DNA from: the human T2T-CHM13v2.0 reference genome, Homo sapiens
DNA length: 64,000 bases
Assembly: GCF_009914755.1 (NCBI RefSeq)
Contig: NC_060932.1
Reading direction: 5' to 3' (one strand)
Positions 31,050 through 45,000 of the stretch are shown here, one piece after another; positions within the stretch are counted from its first letter, which is position 1; every line of letters starts with the position of its first letter. The notes beneath the pieces are model-generated. The model was not told where the DNA came from. It made no database searches and was given only the letters and a program-made list of their open reading frames with translations. Position numbers and translations under genes: made by a program.

Positions 31050-32153
31050 ACCTAATAGCTAATCCTAAAAATCATTCACTGTTTATACAAAACTGTTACT
31101 TAAATGAGTATCCTGTATGTTTTCTGAAAAGCCTACCAATATGGCCAATGAACATTTCATTTACCTAATTTTTCTTGGGATGGTACTCTGTATCCAGTGC
31201 GGTTCTAAGCATTGCACCAGAGGCAGACTCACCATCAAGCTTCTGCTGGCTTCATTTGCACAGGTGCCCTCCCTCCCCACGAGGCCATCGGGTATCATAT
31301 GCCTTTGGAACATTTATATAAGTAAGATATTTTGGCTGCAGTTGGTTCAGACCACTGTTTCTCATCACTGACTTTCTTTCCATAATGCTGCCCCTCTGTA
31401 TGGTGGTGTTGCAGTAGCTCTGGGCAATTTTGCAATTCTCCTGTGGGGAGGTTAGTTGGGAATACATTTAGTTTGCTTTTAGTAGGACATATTTTTGCAG
31501 TTTGCAGTCACTTTTGAGTATAGTTACATTCTTGTTAGCCAATTGGATGTAGGTATTTCTTCCGGGAATTCTCATGTCACTCTTTATGCTAATTCTTCCA
31601 ACCAGAGTTTGTCTCATGATCCGAAAATGTCTGTGACTCTGCACACCGGAAATGTACGTGTAAAGGAGAAAAAATAAGGATAGAAATGCACAGAGCCAGA
31701 GGTTAGCATGTGAAAAATTCCTCCAAATTAGAAAACTCCCATATGAATGAAGCTTGATTGCTGTTTCCCCAAATTTGACAACAATTGTGAAAATTTACAT
31801 GACTTTACCAATAACACTAATGAAGCAGAATAACTTTTCAATTTATTGAAACTAAAACAATTTTAATTAACCATGCTAGAGATTTTCATTTTCTGTTTCA
31901 ATCTATTGAAAATTATATGACAAAATTATCACTTAATATTGATTAAACAGTATGCAACAAAACTTTGGGCAATTTTTTAAGACATTAAATTTTGTGGTGT
32001 TTCAGTTGTAAGCTTCTTAAAAAGTGTAACCTGGTTATAATTTTTTGTTATCATTCTAAATAAATACCAATTTTCATACCTTGTTTCATGTTTTTAAGAG
32101 GTACAGCCAAATTGTAGAAGCTCCAGGCCCCACAAAACCTGGATTTAACTCTG
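31050..32153 (+). mobile_element. Zaphod/MER115-like hAT-Tip100 transposon relic
   Basis: 31760-31830 translates as VSPNLTTIVKIYMTLPIT, like the hAT C-terminal dimerisation domain; terminus aggccccacaaaacctggatttaactctg; left boundary uncertain. Confidence 0.65.
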
Positions 32154-33290
32154 AAAACATTAGCAAACAAAACAGATTAAAAACCAATAAAAAAGAACTC
32201 ACATAAAGTTTAAATTCTAGCATGGAAAACAGCTGATAAATAAAACATGTAAGTGAAGTAAACAATACATGGGATGGTGATAACTGCTGTGGAGAGAAAG
32301 AAGGGAGGGGTAGAGATGCAATTTTAAATAAAGCATCTCAATGAACTCCTCATTAGAAGGGAACATTTGAGCAAAGACTGAAGAGGATGAGGGAACGAGC
32401 CCTGTGGATATCTGGGGAAGAGGGAAACACACACAGGTAGAATTGCTGAGCCTGGAGCATGTCTGCCTGTGAAGGCCAGTGTGGCAGGAGCATAGTTGGA
32501 GACGATGTCAGAGAGGAGTGGGTGGATGCGGAGGAGATCATAGGGAAGGCTTGTGGGCCCCTGTCAGTACAATGGTCTTTACCAAAAGTGAGACAATTAG
32601 GGAATTTTGAACAAAGAGATATGATAAGCCAATTTAAAATGGAAAAGAATAATTCTAGCTGCCAGATTGTGGAGAGGCAAGAACAAGAAAATTAGTTAGG
32701 TAGCAATTGATTAATTCAAGAGATGCTGGTGTTTTGCCAGAGTGGTAAGATGCGCCAGTCTGGGATCCATTTTGAAGGTAATGGCGACAGGTTTGATAAA
32801 TGAGGTATTGTATTCTCCTCATACAATATGAGGAGAAAAGCAGAGTCAGAAATGACAGGTTTGTCATTGGCGTGAACGATGGATAGAGTTGCCATTTACT
32901 AAGATAAGAAAGACTGCTGGAAAAGTGCGCTTTGAAGAAAGACCAATATCATTATTTCCAAGGTGTCAGTTGGACATCCAGTGAAAAATATCAACTAAGC
33001 AGTTGACTATGTGAGTCTGGAATTCAAGGGAGAGATCTAGGTTGGAGATATACATTTGTAAGTCATTGGCATATAAAATTATGAAACTAGAAGAGATCAG
33101 GAAGGGAGTAAATGTCAGGAGTGAGAAACATTCTAAGCACTAAGCATGGAATGCTTTAAGATGCTTTAAGTCTAAGAGGTCAGGAAGATGATGAGGAATC
33201 CACAAAGAAGACTGAGAAGGAGCTCCTGGTGAGGTGGGAAGGAGACCAAGAGAATATTTTTTCTGGGAAGCCTAGTATAGAAAATATCTC

Positions 33291-33907
<617 letters not shown>

Positions 33908-34299
33908 TCAGAAGACGCTGACAACAGATTAAGACAAGGACTGACTGCTGACCTTTAGATTTGGCAAAATGGAAGCCACTGGTGGTCTTCCTAAAAGCAG
34001 TTTTTGTGGAATTGGGCAGTAGAAGGCCTGATTTGATTGATTTCAAAGCAGAATGGGAGGAATTAAAGAGAATGGGTACAGATTACTTATAGGGTCTTGC
34101 TGTAAATATGATCTAAGAAGTGAGGCTCTAAGTGGGTACAAAAGTGGGGCAAGGACAATATTTTTTACACAAATGATATATCAAAATGTTTGTTTGTTAA
34201 TAGGAATAACCTAGTAGAGAGAGAGAAAACCTTATGATAAAAGAGAAGGAAGGAATGATTTTTACTAAAACTTAATCAGTATTATGTATCTGGCATTTA

Positions 34300-34510
34300 T
34301 TTATTTATTTGAGTGCTTGCTATAAGGTGAAGTGCTATGTGCTTTGTTCACAAGGCAATTATATATTTCCAACAACAACTCTAGGAGCTAGATATTACTA
34401 CCCTCATTTTATAAAGAAGAGCTTAGGCCGTGTTTCTGACATTACACAGACAATATGCAGCAGAGTAAAATATTTAATTTGGGTTTGTCTGATTCAAACT
34501 TGGTACCATT
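34300..34510 (-). mobile_element. MIR
   Basis: tatttgagtgcttgctat...tattactaccctcattttata. Confidence 0.6.
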
Positions 34511-36109
34511 TCAAGTCTTCCTCATCTTTACTTTTCTGCAATAGCACAACAGGCATGTAGTAAATATTTAGTAGATATTCTGTGAATGTGTAACTGTATT
34601 AATGAATAAATAGTGAATACATATATACAGACATACATATATTCACACACAGACACACATACACCTATGCATACATACAAGATTGCAGCAGACAGGCATT
34701 TTGTGAGATAAAGAAGAAACAGGGAAGATTAGGGGTTCTTTTACTAGACTAGAAATTCCTCCCCTATGTCCTACGGAAGGTGCTAGAAGGAAGAAGTTAA
34801 AGAACGGTGGAATTCTGGGATCCATTCCTTCGAAATCTCCCAACTGGGCGATGCTTCAACCAGTTAAAATATAAGCCTTTAGAAAAAGACTTTCAACTGC
34901 TGATACTATTTCTCAAAATCTCAGGCAAGTAAACAGGAGATTTCTTGGTTAAGGGTATATTCCTTTGGTCCCATAAGATAGGCAATGATCCATTGACACA
35001 GACTTTGTGTTATAAACAGAAAAAACAAAAACTTCGTAACAAGACAAAGCATCTTCTCCATTAATGGGAATCTCATTCCTTTCCTCTCTGCCATATATTT
35101 CTAAATAGTGTAATTTCTGAATTCACAGGTATTGCATTTAAACAAATAAACTGGGATATATTACAATTTTCAGGACATTTTCCAGTAGAATAGTAAATGG
35201 ATTTAAACATTGGTGAAATGCTGACCTTCAGTTAGCTGTTCATTACATTCTGCAAACACACAGAATACCTTGTAATCCATGAGAAATTTGTGTAACTTGT
35301 AACATTTCAACATGAAAGTCACCCTCACAGTAAACACTAACCCTTTGTGAAGAAACACCATGCACCTTCTTACTTTTTATTACAAAGGATCATCATTTTT
35401 CAGGAGAAGTAATGAATATTTTCTGGTAACCCACTAACATTTTACTGCTGTGGTATGTTGAGCATATCAGTTTCTATACATTTTAAGATAATATATTTAG
35501 CTCTGAGTTGAACAAATTACATAGGCTTGGAGAGTCATTCTATTTTCTTTCCTCATTAAATTTTAGCTTCATTTATACTATCTCTGATATTAGCAATCAT
35601 ATTTTCAATAGAATTTTGAACAGCATTATTTCAATTTCAGTGCACAAACAAGTGATATAGCCATTCGTGGCTGCATTATAATCTCCTTAGCTTTAATTAT
35701 TGTTCCTTAGAATACTGTGTCTTCCTAGTTTATAAGCTTTAAAATACATTCTCATGTTCAAGTCTAAAGCTGTTCCTTCTGGTAAGGACGGAAAAGGGCA
35801 TACACATACATATCTTTCTTTTTTGAAACTGTACCTTATCATTTTATTGGTCATTGTATATAACCGTTTAGGTACTGGGATATGATACTGTACGAGTATA
35901 AAATAAATACAATTTAGAAAGCCATAGATCTTAACATAAATAAGCAAGTAAGATGAATTTGAACTCATTAGAAAGTGTACCGACTCTGGAATAAAGCTCT
36001 GTTTTTGTTAAGTTTCGGATAGTATAGGAATATTCCTTTCTATTTGGGGCTCCTTTATGTAAAAGAGACACAGATCGCCTCAGTGATTATTAATGTCCTA
36101 CAAAGAAAG

Positions 36110-36461
36110 TGAAATGGTTTGGCTGTGTCCCCACCAAAATCTCATGTTGAATTCCCACGTGTTGTGAGAAGGACCCAGTGGGAGGTAATTGAATCATGGG
36201 GGCAGGTCTTTCTCGTGCTGTTTTCATGATAGTAAGTCTCATGAGATCCCATGGTTATTATAAGGGGGAGTTTTCCTGCACAAGCTCTTTTTGCCTGCCA
36301 CCATCCACGTAAGATATAACTTGCTCCTCCTTGCCTCCTGCCATGATTACAAGGCCTCCCCAGCCATGTGGAACCGTAAGTCGAATGAAACCTCTCTCTT
36401 TTGTAAATTGCGCAGTCTCAGGTAATGCTGTTTATCAGCAGCATGAAAACGGACTAAAACA
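36110..36461 (+). mobile_element. THE1B (MaLR) solo LTR
   Basis: tgaaatggtttggctgtgtcccc...aaacggactaaaaca with TG/CA ends and 5 bp TSD gaaag on both sides. Confidence 0.93.
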
Positions 36462-37064
36462 GAAAGCATTTTTAAGTTAATAATGACTGTGCTTTTATGA
36501 TAATCTTCTGTCAAATCAGAGATGGCAAATACGTTTAAACTTTTATGCCAACTCTCGTCACTTGTTAGGGGGTCCTTGTGGAGGATTCTGCACCATGCTT
36601 CCATGCAGCAAGACACAGCTCCACGTTCAATAGTAATGTGTGCCAGAGATGTAGGAAAGAATGGTGGCGGCACAGACACTGTGTGTCTCCCTGGACTAGA
36701 TGGCACCCGAGGAGTCATGATAGCTCAGCTCGAATCCCTGCTCTGTCCCTCAATACCTCGTAATTACTTGTTCTGAATTTCATTTTCCTTGTTGGTTAAC
36801 AAGGCCTATTTTCTGTAGTTATTATAAAGGCTAAATGAATATTTCTTTTTTTAATATCAAATGTCTAATAAATGGTAGTTGAATATGAGTTTATCCCTAT
36901 AAGCAAAAAGAGACAGAGTGATTAGACTGAAATACATGCACACATACATTACAGTAATTATGAAATTAAATAAGAAAGTATGATCTTCAAGCCTTGAGTG
37001 CCTATAAGAGATGGTGTATCTTCTCTGGAAGTCTTTCAAACATTTGGAGACTTTTATGTGCTTC

Positions 37065-37436
37065 AGTGAGGGACTGGCGGGGGGCAGAATGTGGGCTCAG
37101 TAGAAGCAGGGAAGTAGAAAACTACAGAAAGCAGGAAAGGAAGGTTGTTGCATGTGAAACCCATTTGGCTTTGCTAACTAGCCTTTATGAATGTTAGGCT
37201 CCTGCTCTCCCACAGATATGGGAAGTTGAGAACCCTACCTTCAGATATTAGCTGGAACAAACAGTAAATTATTTTGGCAGTCTGGAGTTTCCTCAGGCAG
37301 GCATTTTAAGGGAGACTAGCAGTATCTTGGGGATGCAGCCCCAAGTTATTAGAACCTATGTTAGTCTTCATTCAAGGCTTTATGGGCCATGGTTGAGGCC
37401 AAGTCAACAGAGATCGGTCAAGGAGAGACTCTGTCA
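37065..37436 (-). mobile_element. MER67-like LTR, 3'-truncated
   Basis: Reverse complement starts tgacagagtctctccttgacc and shares blocks such as tgggagagcaggagcc and atgggtttcaca with 12825-13737. Confidence 0.75.
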
Positions 37437-37785
37437 GGATACGCATACGTACATACCTACTACTAACACGTGTCATTAACACCACATATGGTGTTCGACT
37501 TTACATCTAATGCACACATTTTACATCTAATGCACGCACACACGTGCAATTATCTGCATTATACAGATGAAGAAATGAGAATTAGTGGTTAAATAACTTA
37601 CCTAAAATATCAATATGAAGTTTCAGAACTAGCATTTGAACCCATATCTGTCTGTCTCTAGAGCCCAAAGTCCAAATTACTACGTAAACTGTCTCCTGTT
37701 GCAGTTCAGCATGCAAGATACAAATCCCCAGACACAAGTGCATAAGTGAAATATTGAGGAATGTTCATTAAGAACTCTATATGCA

Positions 37786-38089
37786 GGCCAGGCACAGCGG
37801 CTCATGCCTGGAATCCTAGCACTTTAGGAGTCTGAGGCAGGAGGATAGCTTGAGCTCAGTAGTTCAAAACCAGCTGTGGATACATAGCCAGACCTTGACT
37901 CTACTACAAATCAAAAAAATTAGTGGGATGCGGTGGCACGTGCCTGTAGTTTCAACTACGCGGTAGGCTGGATGGGAGGATCATTTGAGCTCAGGAGTTT
38001 GAGGCTGCAGTCAGCTATGATTGTGCTGCTGTACTCCAGCCTGGGGGACGAAGCAAGCAAGACACTGTCTGAAAAAATTTTTAAAAAAA
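37786..38089 (+). mobile_element. AluJ
   Basis: Diverged dimer with gaggctgcagt; flanking repeat tatatgca. Confidence 0.9.
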
Positions 38090-38449
38090 GTATATGCAAG
38101 TGAGTTAAGTCACAAGGAAGATTTCTATGTTCATTGACTCATCAAGTCTTCCTGCTACTTACTTACCCTGGTCTACACAAGACCTTGATTACTGGGGTGA
38201 TGCTTCTGATGCCTAATCAATGCCATTTCAAGTTCCGGGCTATTTGCCTCTGTTAACCTCACTTTGGGGTATATTTTAGTAAAATGTTGCTTTAGTTTTG
38301 GGACTCAGATATATCCAAATGCATTTTGTTTGTGATGTCTCTTCCATTAACTTGACCCCAGAGCTAGTCAATTCATTTCTACCCTTGTAAAACACAAGTT
38401 TCTCCCCTAACACAAAATACTCACTCTACATTAGTACAGTTCTCCATTT

Positions 38450-40720
38450 TTTCATCTATCATTCTCTTTTCTTTTGTTTAAGAAACGTCTTTTCTTTCTG
38501 AATTTATAAATTATTCATTGCTACTTTAAAATTATATAATGAACATTCCTCATGAATATTTGTCTGCAGCTTTAATTAAAGTAGATTTTCTGGGTGAAAC
38601 AACATGGAAATTCTTAAAGGTTTTTGAAATCTGATGCCAAATTGCTCTCTAAAAATGTATTCATTTACTTTGCTATTAGCAGTGCCTAAGACCATTGGTT
38701 TCACCTACCACATAAGCATCAATTATTCAACTTTAAAAGATATTCTTTCTAATTTGTTGATAAAAATACCATATCCTTTTGCTATTTGCATTGATTTGAA
38801 TAGTCAAGAGATTGAGCATTTTGCATATTTATTTTTGTTTATATTTCTTAATTTGTAAATTGTTCATGACTCATCTATTTTTAAAAAATCAGGATTTCAA
38901 ATTTGTCTTATTATTCATAACAGGTCTTTATATTTAAGGTAATTAAAAATAAATGTGATTTACAAATTACTTTTGGAATATCAACTATAATGTACAAAAT
39001 ATTAAGTATATAAATATATAACAAATACAATATTATAAATTATGCATGTAACAAATATAATACTCAGCTTGTCATTTATTAGATTTTCATGTTGATTTAC
39101 AATACTCAGGTAATCCTGAGTTCTTAAAGGACAATTATATAGGTATTTTTAGATGTAATCTTTTAATTGCTTTGAAAGCGTATGAAAATCCTTTCTCAGG
39201 CAGAGAGTAAACATTCATGCATGTTTTCTTTTAGGTTTTTCTTTTCCTCTTGGTTTCTTTTTATCATTATTATTTAATTGACTGCAGGTTGTAAGGCAAA
39301 GAGTTCTTCCCCCAAATAATCCATTTTGCAAAATTATATAACAGTAATGCATTGATTTCTCATTGGCTGTCATAACTTTATCACAAACGTAAAGCTCTAT
39401 TTCCAAATATATGTAGATAATCTATTCTTGTATCAGCATTATACTGTTTAATTATTGTAACTTTTAATGTATTTTTAGTATCTTGGGGGAAATTCACTAG
39501 AAAAAAAGTATATCTCTTTTTACATAATGTAAAATTGTATCTTTATTAGTTCAATCTCATTAATTTTTTATTTAAATCCTTGATATTCCACTTTTATGTC
39601 TTTACACATTATCTGTCGAAGCTAAAATAAAGTGTTACGGTCTCAACAATATTAACAGTCTTATTTATTTTAGCATTCCTTTATATTTTTTAAGGGTTTT
39701 TAAAATATATTTCACTGATATGCTATTAAAATTTAATCATTTTTATTTCATTTTGGATTAGGTGATTTTTAAAGCAGTTGGAATTTTTTTTTTTGTAAAC
39801 TACTTTCAACACACTTCGTTTTTAGGTAGATTAAGATGATCACATTTACGTCTACTTTAAAGATGGTATGTTTGGCTTTTATTCAGGCAACAAATAACTA
39901 TTGAGCCTCTATTATGTGTCAGGCATGCTTCCCGAAGCTGGTAAATTCCAGCCGATCAGACAGAAACTCTTTGGCTTTGGGATTTCTACTGTAGTCAGGG
40001 AAGTCAAACAATGTTGCCATCTTGCTTTTGGTTTTTTATGCTCTTTTCTGTTTCCTTCAGCTTCCATTTTTATATACAGACTTATTCATTTACTTTCCTT
40101 TTAGGATTTGGAAAGTATGTAACTTATTTTCAATTCTAAAAGATAACAAAAATGGAATTTTGTGTTTTGATCATTTAATGTAAGATTATATATGTTCCTC
40201 ACTTTTACTCATTCCCAAAGTGTTAGTATTTGTTAATACAGTTTGAAATTTCAAGCAGATAGTTATGTTTGTTTAGTGTTTTTTGCATCATACCTTTTCT
40301 CTTTAATAATTTTAAACATTTTCATTCAATTTTATAACTAGATTATATAAAACAATTATTTAATTTAAAATATTTATACACCTACATTTTGAATGGCTTA
40401 ATGTCATCACATTCTTTTATATCATGCTTTCATGGTTCTTGAGTTCTTAATTTCAATCTACTGCTTAATGGAGTATTAAATAGAGTATTCTTCTCAGTAT
40501 TTCTTTATAACAGTTTATTTTTGGAATGTGTGAAAATACATCATGTGGTCTTAATACACAAAACTTAGCTGCTATAAAATTCTTGTGACATAAAGCACAC
40601 TATCATTTGTCAATATTTTTCACTAGAAATGACTATGAACCCTGTCAAAGTACATGCTCTAGTCTCTGCCATTGGCTTTGAAAGTCACATTCAATTAGTC
40701 CCCAAATTTGCTGTACTTTT
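38450..40720 (-). mobile_element. Very old L1 (L1ME-like) remnants
   Basis: T-rich; gccaaattgctctc, tttgcatt...gagattgagcatttt typical of reverse L1ME 3' ORF2. Confidence 0.55.
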
Positions 40721-40821
40721 AATAAGTCTTACATTGTTGTTGTTGCAGTTGTTGTTGTTTTCTGTTTACTAAGATTTAAATGAGATATAGCAAGAGACAC
40801 TGTTTGACATAGAAGTACGTG

Positions 40822-41245
40822 TGGTGTCTCAATGTGAGTTCCCCAGAAGCTCCTGAGACAAGAATTAGGGCAAGTAGTAGTTTACATGGTTGGTGAAGAA
40901 ATCACTAGTAGTAGAATAGGAACTTGAGTCAGAGAAGGGAAGGCAACCAAGTAAAGGTGCCCTATAAAGTCAGCTACACTGTAAGTAACTGGAACTGAAT
41001 TCCATGAGAAAAGTCTAGGAAGCTTGGTAGCTTTCTGGGATAGAAGGATGTGGAATATATACCAATGCCAACTCCTGCTAGTCATTAGTTAAGGGCTCAT
41101 AGAGGGGAGTTACTCCTCTGGCATATCAGGCCTGAGAAAACTGACCTCTCCGCCACAAAGATGCTGATCAAAACAGTTGGAATTAAGGCCATGCTTACTC
41201 AAATGGTGGCCCAAGGGATAAGGAGCAAATATCAATATGTGGCTT
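40822..41245 (-). mobile_element. LTR16-like ERVL solo LTR
   Basis: gttccccagaagc..ctgagacaagaatt...caagtag...gagtcagagaagggaaggcaaccaa. Confidence 0.55.
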
Positions 41246-41434
41246 GATTGTTTTCCTAGTGGGTTGCTTGTGTATTGATAAGATTCCATCCTGCCCCAGG
41301 AATACAAGGGTCTCTCTCCTCAGTGTAAAACATTCATTCTCTATGGATTGTGCCTCTGGCTTTTCCTACACTAAAGTACCTCAAAGATATTTTTTCCTTA
41401 ATCAATCATTTTCTACTCCTTAATTAAAAGAAAT

Positions 41435-41800
<366 letters not shown>

Positions 41801-41917
41801 CTTAACCAATGTTCAGACTAATTAGCTGACTTGAGATGGTAGCCTCTCCTATTCTTACTCCCTGACACTCTTTATGCCACAAATTTATGGCATTCAATAA
41901 AACTTGTAATTTTACTT

Positions 41918-42017
41918 GTGTACACACAAATACACATACACACATAAATATATACACATGCATAAATATATATGTACATATACATATATATACACGTATA
42001 TACAAATACATATATAG
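41918..42017. repeat. Compound (TA)/(CA) microsatellite
   Basis: tacacacaaatacacatacacacataaatatatacac... Confidence 0.85.
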
Positions 42018-45000
42018 CTATGAAGCCTTTTTCATTTTCCCACTCTATGCCTCTTTTTATTGTCATCTCCAACATACTGAATTACCGTCAATCTCTTCCT
42101 TTCTTGTTTTATGAGAACTGTAACATCCCAGTTGCCAAAAAAAAAGAAAAAAAAGGAGGGAGCTTTTTGCTGTGTAGGTGATATCACAGGGAAGTGGTAT
42201 GCAAACAACTGCACACTCATGGCAGAGCCTCAGCTAAGGATTGACGAGCCAGTGAACAGACATTGGAAAGCAGTTGTGGGGTATCCCTACTTTGGAAGGA
42301 ATGTGGGGGCTTACTTTGGAAAGGGCATGGTATATTCCCACTTCTTTTCCAGTGAGCCAGATGCTCCATTTCAGGCATGGCTCTGTTTTTCATCTGTTGT
42401 CTTTCCATTTTATCCCATGTCTTTTAGGCTACGGCAGCAGTCAGCCTTATATTTTGACATTATGAATTGTCACATCTTTATCCTATGTGCTTCATTTCCT
42501 TACAAGTATTTTACTAAGAAGCTGGGTGACTTATAACAGAGAGGCAAACCAGATACCATTTTAAGTCGACACCCCTCACCATTTCACGCCTGCCTTCAAG
42601 GCCCCTTCCCATCTTGAGCCTTGAGAGAACTTTATATACCCAATCTAGTATTCAAAATACCTATTTGCATGTAAAAGTGATTCTTTTCAATCACTACATA
42701 CATTTTTAAATATTTAAAATCCAGCTCATTTATTTTGGGAAATTAAACTAATTTTGTCATTTTTTTGAGGGACAAGGGTTATTTTTTAAAGTTTTGGCTG
42801 AATTAACCAGTTGTTTTTGTTGCAAGAGGTTATAGTCTTAATTGAATACAGGCCACCACAAAATCTTTGTGGTAGTTGTAAATAAATAAACTAATAACTT
42901 AAGGTTAATTGACCCCCTCTTATCTTCTAAATCTACTTGGAACCACTATAATGCCTCAATACACTATTTGAGGCTTTGGTTAATGTTACGTTTAAAACAA
43001 AATAATTCACTCACGGGCTTTTTCAATTCTGCAGCTTATTTTTTCCATTTAGTTCTAAAGAGTCATCATTGGCTGGCTCTTTACATAATTTTACATATTC
43101 CGGAAGTCCTCCTAGTGTATTATAAAACAGAGTACTAAAAATACATAGACCCATATTTAATCATTTTATAATTAGATATAGATTTTTATATACTTTTTAA
43201 ACTTTAACAAGATTGCATTAGTAGCTGTTATTTAATTCACACCCAATGTCCTTTCTAACCTAAATTAAATCCTTATTGAAGACATTTATTCACACTGTAA
43301 CTGTTTTCTCTAATGAACTACCAATTCATATTCCCACACAGCATGTTCTAATTTGTGCTGTGGTGGTTTCTAGAAACATATGGGGACCAACTGTGGTTAT
43401 GTTTGGGATCTTCTGTATGAAAACATGGAAATTGTTTTTGTTTTGCTGATTGCTCTCTAAGATAGTTTCAAACCTCTTCAACTTTGTCTTTATTCATGAG
43501 GTTTTTAATTGCAAATCCCCTTCTGTTTTGTCAGATGAATGTCACATGATAAACATATGGGATAGGGCTGGTTAATCTGTCCAGAGGTTCTATGATCTTT
43601 AAGAAAGATCAACCCCTTGCTCATAATTGACAAATTGTTCCCAGATATCAGACACCATCAAGCTTGTTATTTCCATAGTGCCATAAACACAAAAGAAAAA
43701 GGGACATGAAAGGTAAGAGGCCTTTTGCAACATGAAAGAGAAAGCAAGAGTGGCATTTCCTTTGCTTACGGTTTTTAGGGGAAGGGGGGAGAATAGTGGC
43801 AAAAGATACAATAATACAAGCATCCTCCTGATTGATTAAAGTAGTGAAGTGTATTCTTTGGTTCATAAATAATGCTCTATTACTTTTCTTCAAAGACAAG
43901 TAAACCTTGACAGACTGACCTTTTCCAGGGCAGGAGTTGTTTCAGTGCCATAAATTATACTGTAAAACGAGTGGAAATGCTACTGAGAAGTATGTGACAA
44001 AATAAGATTAAAGATTACTACACACAAAAGATTGTTGTTTTATTAATGGATTCCTGTCAATGGGATGAAAAATCCTCAGCTTTCTACTGGGTGCTGAGAT
44101 CACATCAAGCTGAAAATTAGGAGAGCATTTTCTAAAAGATAACTGAATGTGTCAAAATAACAGTATTCTGATTTTTGTGTTTCTCTAGTATTATATTTGA
44201 TTCTAACACAAATTTAGTTATTGTCAAATATGCTTGTACCATCCACAGTCATTTGCTTGCAAAGAGAGGGACCATGTCATCAACGGGCATTGGTGTTGTA
44301 TGTACCAGTGAAGTGAGATTAGAGGGAAACTCTGCTCAACACAGGCATGGCAGCCGCATGGAGGAGTGTGTCGAGGAGAAAGCATATGGTAATTTTCCAA
44401 CCATTAATTTGCTGGTGAACACCCAATTTGACAGAGCCATCCACGTCACTCTGAAGAAACAAAAAAAAAATCACATCATGACTTAAGCTGTGAGTCCCGT
44501 GGATTTTTCTCACGCTTGTTTTAGGTTTTACTGATTAGTAAAAAAAAAAAAAAAAAAAAAAAAAGGCTTATAAATTATAGATATGAAAAACAATTATATA
44601 AATGTGGAAATAATAAATTACAGAAATGAGGACAAATTACGGAAATGAAAACAAGACCACTTAAAATACAATGAAGGATTTGAATCTACTGAAATTAAAT
44701 GAGATCATGAGAGTTCAAAGGCTTTGTCAGCATCCACATCCTATACAACTACCACATATTATTCCTTTTAATGCTATTATTATTACATTTTTGCTGTTGT
44801 TGTAATTATCTCTGCTCAATTTTTCATTAAAATCAAGACTGTTTAAACCATTCCTCTGTAGACTTTTTGGAAATACGATTGCAATCTAAAATCAATAAAC
44901 CAATTAAATCATAGCAACCATGGTGGCAAAAAGGAATGAAAAAAAAAAAAGAAAAGGAAAGGAAAAGTATCAGCAAAATATCAGAACAGTATTTTGAATG

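Noticed and set aside
36690-36710. CTCF-like actagatggcac
   Set aside because: Lacks the conserved CC at the 5' side of the core
37500-37535. Short tandem duplications (tttacatctaatgcac x2; also atgctttaag x2 at 33151 and cattaatactaat x2 at ~54646)
   Set aside because: Ordinary slippage duplications
42111-42536. 141 aa plus-strand ORF with an acceptor-like tgtgtag|GTG
   Set aside because: No recognisable protein similarity, runs through a poly(A) tract, no convincing donor
42663-42677. OCT-SOX composite motif
   Set aside because: The octamer is perfect but the SOX half has two mismatches; chance level
42855-43611. 8 bp-stem palindromes accacaaa-atc-tttgtggt (42855-42873) and tgatcttt-aag-aaagatca (43593-43611)
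   Set aside because: Several stems of this length are expected by chance in 64 kb of AT-rich DNA
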